A stretch of DNA of 64,000 bases from Asterias rubens (Eukaryota). Numbering within the stretch: position 1 is the first letter of the stretch; each line of letters opens with the position of its first letter. The position numbers and the translations under genes are program-made. Under the pieces are notes generated by a model, which was not told the DNA's origin, searched no databases, and saw nothing but the letters and a program-made list of their open reading frames with translations. The DNA is taken from the NCBI RefSeq assembly GCF_902459465.1, contig NC_047078.1, positions 12,648,001-12,712,000 of the forward strand, read 5' to 3'. Shown in pieces: positions 59,356-64,000 of this stretch.

Positions 59356-62300
59356 ATGGCACAGCCTCCGCCTTACAATGCACAGGGCAAACCACCCCAA
59401 CAACCAGGCTACCCACCACAGCAAGCCGGCTACCCACCCCAACAACCAGGCTACCCACCCCCAGTTTATGGCAATCAGGCACCAGTGACCAATGTTCAAG
59501 TTCAACACACAGTAAGTACAACAATGTATTTGTCAGTGTTTGAACCCATAAAGCAGTAGGACATCAGACTTTCTATCCATGTGTAAGCCACACCCAAACC
59601 CATGAGTGTGAACACAAATTATCTCTGACTCCAGAATGGGTATTTGGTCTTGATTGGTATTAAATAAACTCCCTGTGTTAGGCAGGGCTATGTTTAGCCT
59701 GAACATCTGACGTCACACTTCAAGGCTAGTGAATAATGCCACAGATGGCCTCCAGGGCCCAATTTCATGGCTCTGCTTACCGCCGAATGCTGCACTTACG
59801 ATCTCGATCCCCGCTTACATGCAAGCGCCGAATTTCTGCACTACCCTCGTAAGCTTTACAATGCATAGTAACGAGGACTACGCATGCGTAGAAGCCAAAA
59901 TTTTGCCGCTAGCCCATGAAATACGCTTTCCGAAAAATAGGTTTGCCGGAAGCACAGAATTCCCTGCTTCCATAGGTGCAGATTCTGTGCTTACGGTATT
60001 AAGCAGAGCCATGAAAGTGGGCCCTTTTAGGTCAATCCCATCAATATTGACCTTTCACCTAGATTCATATGCAAGTGCAGCTGCTAAACGTCACATAGGA
60101 CCAATCAAACACAGCTATGGAAAGCTTAAAAGCTAATGTCACTGCACCTGTATCTAATGAAATCATTGTAGCCAATGAGATCACTGGTTCTGAAAAGCAA
60201 GTACAGTGTACCTGGCTTTATCATTGCGGATAAAGACAGGGGACCAGTCTAGGATATGCTATGATTAACTTTGACATATTATGTGATTTTAACACCCCTT
60301 ACAGAATCTTATTATTGTAAACTATTTTCTACTTTGTACAGAATGTTGTTGTTCAGCAAAACAGAACCAGCGGGTTGGAGGTAAGTTGATAAAAGAATTC
60401 TAACCTGTTGTAATCAGTCAATATGCCACATCTTGCTCATAAATTAATCACAGCCTGAGGTTTTATCCATGAAGTTTATACATTAAATTTTAAACATGCT
60501 TATCAATCATTATTATACATTTGAGCGCTGTGCAACCTTAGGAAAAGGCACTGTATAAATGGTGTTATAATTATTGTATTTTTATTATTGCTGCAATAAA
60601 CTATTGTGGTTTTTATGGTCTTCAAATGAATTTTGATAGGAATTGAATGAGCTATCAGATCAAAATAATCAATTGTTCTAATAATTACCAACCTGTACTT
60701 TTCCTCTGAGTTTTTCAACAAATATTCACGAACCGGCTTTAAGAAAACTTATTCATTACTAGTATTATAATTTTTGTGTCTGATAATCTGTATTACTATA
60801 ACATGAATCTTCTGTAAAAGAAAAGTAGATTATAATTTTGGTGCTTTCCCAAGCTCTGTCAACAAATCAGTGCTAAGACACATCAGTGTAAGGGTAAAAT
60901 CAAAATTAATATTCTTTATTCCTAATGCAAATGCAATAACTGTTAGAAAATTTGATATTATTTTGTTTCCTTGTGTCAGAGATCTTTGGGGAGTCTTTTC
61001 AAATCTGCTGAAAAGGTTGTAAATAATGCCAGCAACACACTTGTTCGTGAATCAGATCGTTATGCGAACTCCCCAACATTGGTAAGTAAAGAGTAACTTG
61101 TGCAGGATTGGTAGCAGTATTAACCTGTATCCTGAATTCTGGGCTAAATTTCATGCCTCTGCTTACCGCCGAATTAGTTTACGATCACCATTCTCCGCTT
61201 ACATGCAAGCACCGAGTTTCTGCACAAGCCTTGTAAGCATAGAATGCCTAGTAACAGGGAGTACGCATGCGCACATGCCGAAATTCCCTGCTAACCCGTG
61301 AAATGCGCTTGACGTAAGCACAGAATTCCCTGCTTCCGCAAGTGCCGATTCTTGGTTTACGGTAGGCAGAGTCATACAATTGGGCCCAGATGTCATCACT
61401 GAGGCCAGATACCAGCCATCCGAACCAACAGTCTATTGCTGTTGCCTATTCTTTGGTGATGTCAGAATAGGTGGCTACAGCTATGGCTACAGCTGGATCA
61501 CCGCATCATCATGCATTGAAGTATAGGACATCCTAAGAAACCCCCTTAGTAACAATCAAAGTCATAACCATAGCCATTAATTCAGATACAGCCCTAACAG
61601 GGGACCAGTCTATTCATAAACTTTTCTTATATCAACATTCCTTTAGTGACACTACAGCCAACTAAACTTCTCTATCAGTTTGGTTTGTAAGATTTTCTGC
61701 TAAATTGGCAAGTTTATTTCATCAACTAACATTCTCCATTACAACTCTCATTCAACGTCAGATATTGTATTAATAATAGTTATTGTTTCTTGTAGAATTT
61801 ATTCAGTAATGGTAACATTTTGAGACTTCAAGCCAGATCCAATGGAGGATATCTGCAAATCCTTCCTACTGGGGCATTGGATGCCAAAGGCTCTCCAAAT
61901 GACTTAGCAGGTAATAATGGTCAAGTTGGGCATAGAGCTTCAAGATCACACCCAAATTGTTCAAGCTGATAAATAGATAAGTAGGCACAAAAAAGTAGAA
62001 GCGTATTTTACAGCTTAGCAAGAAAAATTAGGCTTTTTTTTACGCTATTCATTTTCATACAGTAAGCACTGGAAGGTAAGCATGCCTTTTTGCATGCTTG
62101 CTGTTAGTGTTAGCAGCATTAAGAAATGGAAACTCATTAAGCACCTCTCCCGAGAAGGTTTTTTGTAAGAGAGCAATGAATGCTTGATTCTGTGAAGAAC
62201 ATTAGATGTCTTGAATGACAGCTACGTACCTTGATAGGAATGAAGAGAATACTGAAGGTTAAATGCGCCGTATTTTTGACAGTGTGAGAGCGTTTTCAAA

Positions 62301-64000
62301 CATATTTGTATCATTTCCGGGGTATATTCATTCGTACCCAAAACAGTTAAAGACTGGAACACATTTACCACCACAGATATCATATTCATCAGGGACAATG
62401 AGACTTTTAAAGGAGCCGTTATAATCCACCTCTAAGGCAACTTAACAACAAAAATGACAGAACGCCGATACAAACTGTGTAGGACGAATCGCGTATACCC
62501 CCGGGAGTGATACATACTATTGAGAGCGCCCTCACGCCGTCAAAATTACGGTGCATTACATCAAACCTAAAGACTAAAAGATTGCTTATTATTTAAGTTC
62601 AATCTGAAATCTCACTGAGGATAAAGTTCACACTAGTACTGATCTGCTAGAGATATATTTCTTTAAAAATACTTTTAAAAGTGAGGAAATACTGTCTTAA
62701 AAAGCAGAACAGTTCTATGAACTGAGAAGTCTCTTGAACATCCGATAAATCTACTCTGCGGTAGTAGAATAAAGCAAGACAGTTCTCTAAGAACAAACTC
62801 TACCTGGCAAGTAGATACACACATGGCGTTACCAAATTTATATTGATACCTCACCATGCAAAGCCTCAAATCCTAAATACTGTCTTAAGATTAGTAAGTT
62901 TAAGGAGTAAAACTTCCAGTGGTACTCACACATTGTTTTCATGTTGTTTCTCCATTCTAGCTCACTTTGTGGTAGTGAACATTGGTTTCAACCAGATCAT
63001 TCTCAAAAGTGCTATATATCCTACATGTCATATTGGCAACCATGGCGGCCACATTGTGGGAAATGTAAGCTGATTTGTTTGTAGTAATTAATACAAAGAG
63101 AATATTCATTTTGATTTTTTACCCATACACCGATGTGTGTTAGCACTGTATACTCGGTACTTTCACGAGTCCTGTGAAAAAATATCACAGGCATGTTACT
63201 CCGGTGGGATTCGAACCCACGACCCTTGCAATTCTAGAGCAGTGTCTTACCAACTAGACTACCGAGGTTGCCTGGTAGCTAGAGGCAGTTCAAATCCTAT
63301 ATTTGGCAGCGGGTACCGCAGCGATATAAATAGAAAGAGAGATATAATGGATGTTATCGGGGATAAAGAATACTCATTTGGGTTTATCCCATATGCACTG
63401 ATGTGTGTTAGCACTGTATGCTTGATACTTTCCCAAGTTCTGTGAACAAATATCACAGTGAAAGAGAAGATATCACTGGAGGGCAGCTGTGCAGACCTTA
63501 TTATTGTATAGCTGCAATTGTTATTCGTCATAACTTTTAATAAGTGGAATACAACCAACCAACCAAATACAACCAACCAAATAGCTTGGCAACTCTGCTT
63601 TGCTGCAGACGTAAAAAAGTTTTTACCCCATAAAATGGCCGACCATGTTATAGCAAAGTTAAAGGAAAACCACGCAAATTTCTAGGCTTGTTTGTATGGA
63701 TCATTATATTCTACTTTTAAAACATCTTTCTAACCATGCATAATCCAAAAAATGAACTTATACACCGATTTAAGTGGCTGGAAACTTTGAAGGCTTTGGA
63801 CTCTGATACATAACTTGTTTGATTTCTAAATCCAGGGTAACGGTGATCACTCATGTAAGTTTCGTCTGCATGAAACCATGCAAGGTTTCATCACGTTTGA
63901 ATCCGTGAACCCTGTAGATCAGCACATTGGAGTAAATGCAGATGGGAGTATGAAACCTGCTAACGTTGTACGCAAGGATATTTCAGCTATGTTTGGCCCA
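59356..64000 (+). CDS. Pro/Gln/Gly/Tyr-rich N-terminus plus FGF-like beta-trefoil domain protein (runs off the window end)
   Basis: Exons 59356-59511, 60342-60380, 60980-61081, 61796-61910, 62961-63064 and 63836-64000+ have canonical splice sites and compatible phases (0,0,0,1,0). Core: LRLQARSNGGYLQILPTGALDAKG / AHFVVVNIGFNQIILKS...GHIVGN / GNGDHSCKF...FESV...HIGVNADGSMKP...AMFGP. Confidence 0.85.
62335..62430 (+). mobile_element. Short LINE 3' remnant inside a palindromic MITE (about 62260-62560)
   Basis: SFVPKTVKDWNTF...TFKGAV..HL* resembles the CR1/L2-type C-terminal motif. Confidence 0.45.
63103..63460 (-). mobile_element. tRNA-centred element, about 1.3 units (268-bp period), with 8-bp TSD
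   Basis: Intact A-box TAGTCTAGTTGG and B-box GGTTCGAATCC (63207-63217); GATGTGTGTTAGCAC at 63132 and 63400; AAAGAGAA at 63095-63102 and 63461-63468. Confidence 0.75.

Noticed and set aside
59356-59511. Phospholipid scramblase, annexin or LITAF assignment from the GYPP repeats
   Set aside because: The downstream exons encode an FGF-like trefoil, not those domains.

Overview
Intron-rich, AT-rich eukaryotic genomic DNA with no prokaryotic features. It is probably from an echinoderm such as a sea star; this is inferred from the repeat families and gene structures and not proven. Most short ORFs in the supplied track are spurious, and the real genes had to be assembled from GT-AG exons. Five spliced genes are supported: (1) an 11-coding-exon SLC22 transporter (+, 11326-22066, 510 aa); (2) a 2-exon, 157-aa protein resembling axonemal microtubule inner proteins (-, 25746-26511); (3) an RIIa docking-domain protein with an acidic tail (+, 32153-38214); (4) PAFAH1B2/3 (-, 47677-56285, 223 aa); (5) a gene head-to-head with PAFAH1B that encodes a GYPP-repeat N-terminus fused to an FGF-like beta-trefoil with FGF-type intron phases (+, 59356 to beyond the window end). 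The introns hold L2/CR1 LINE fragments, tRNA-derived SINEs and many palindromic MITEs. A Penelope-like retroelement (PLE) family is also present, with a GIY-YIG remnant and a minimal hammerhead ribozyme whose core is non-canonical (CAGAAGA). The main leads are the FGF-like gene, the hammerhead-bearing PLE copies (including a 272-bp inverted mini-element with a 12-bp TSD), a circularly permuted ~260-bp tRNA-centred retroelement, and a cluster of ultra-short perfect hairpins flanked by TSDs.
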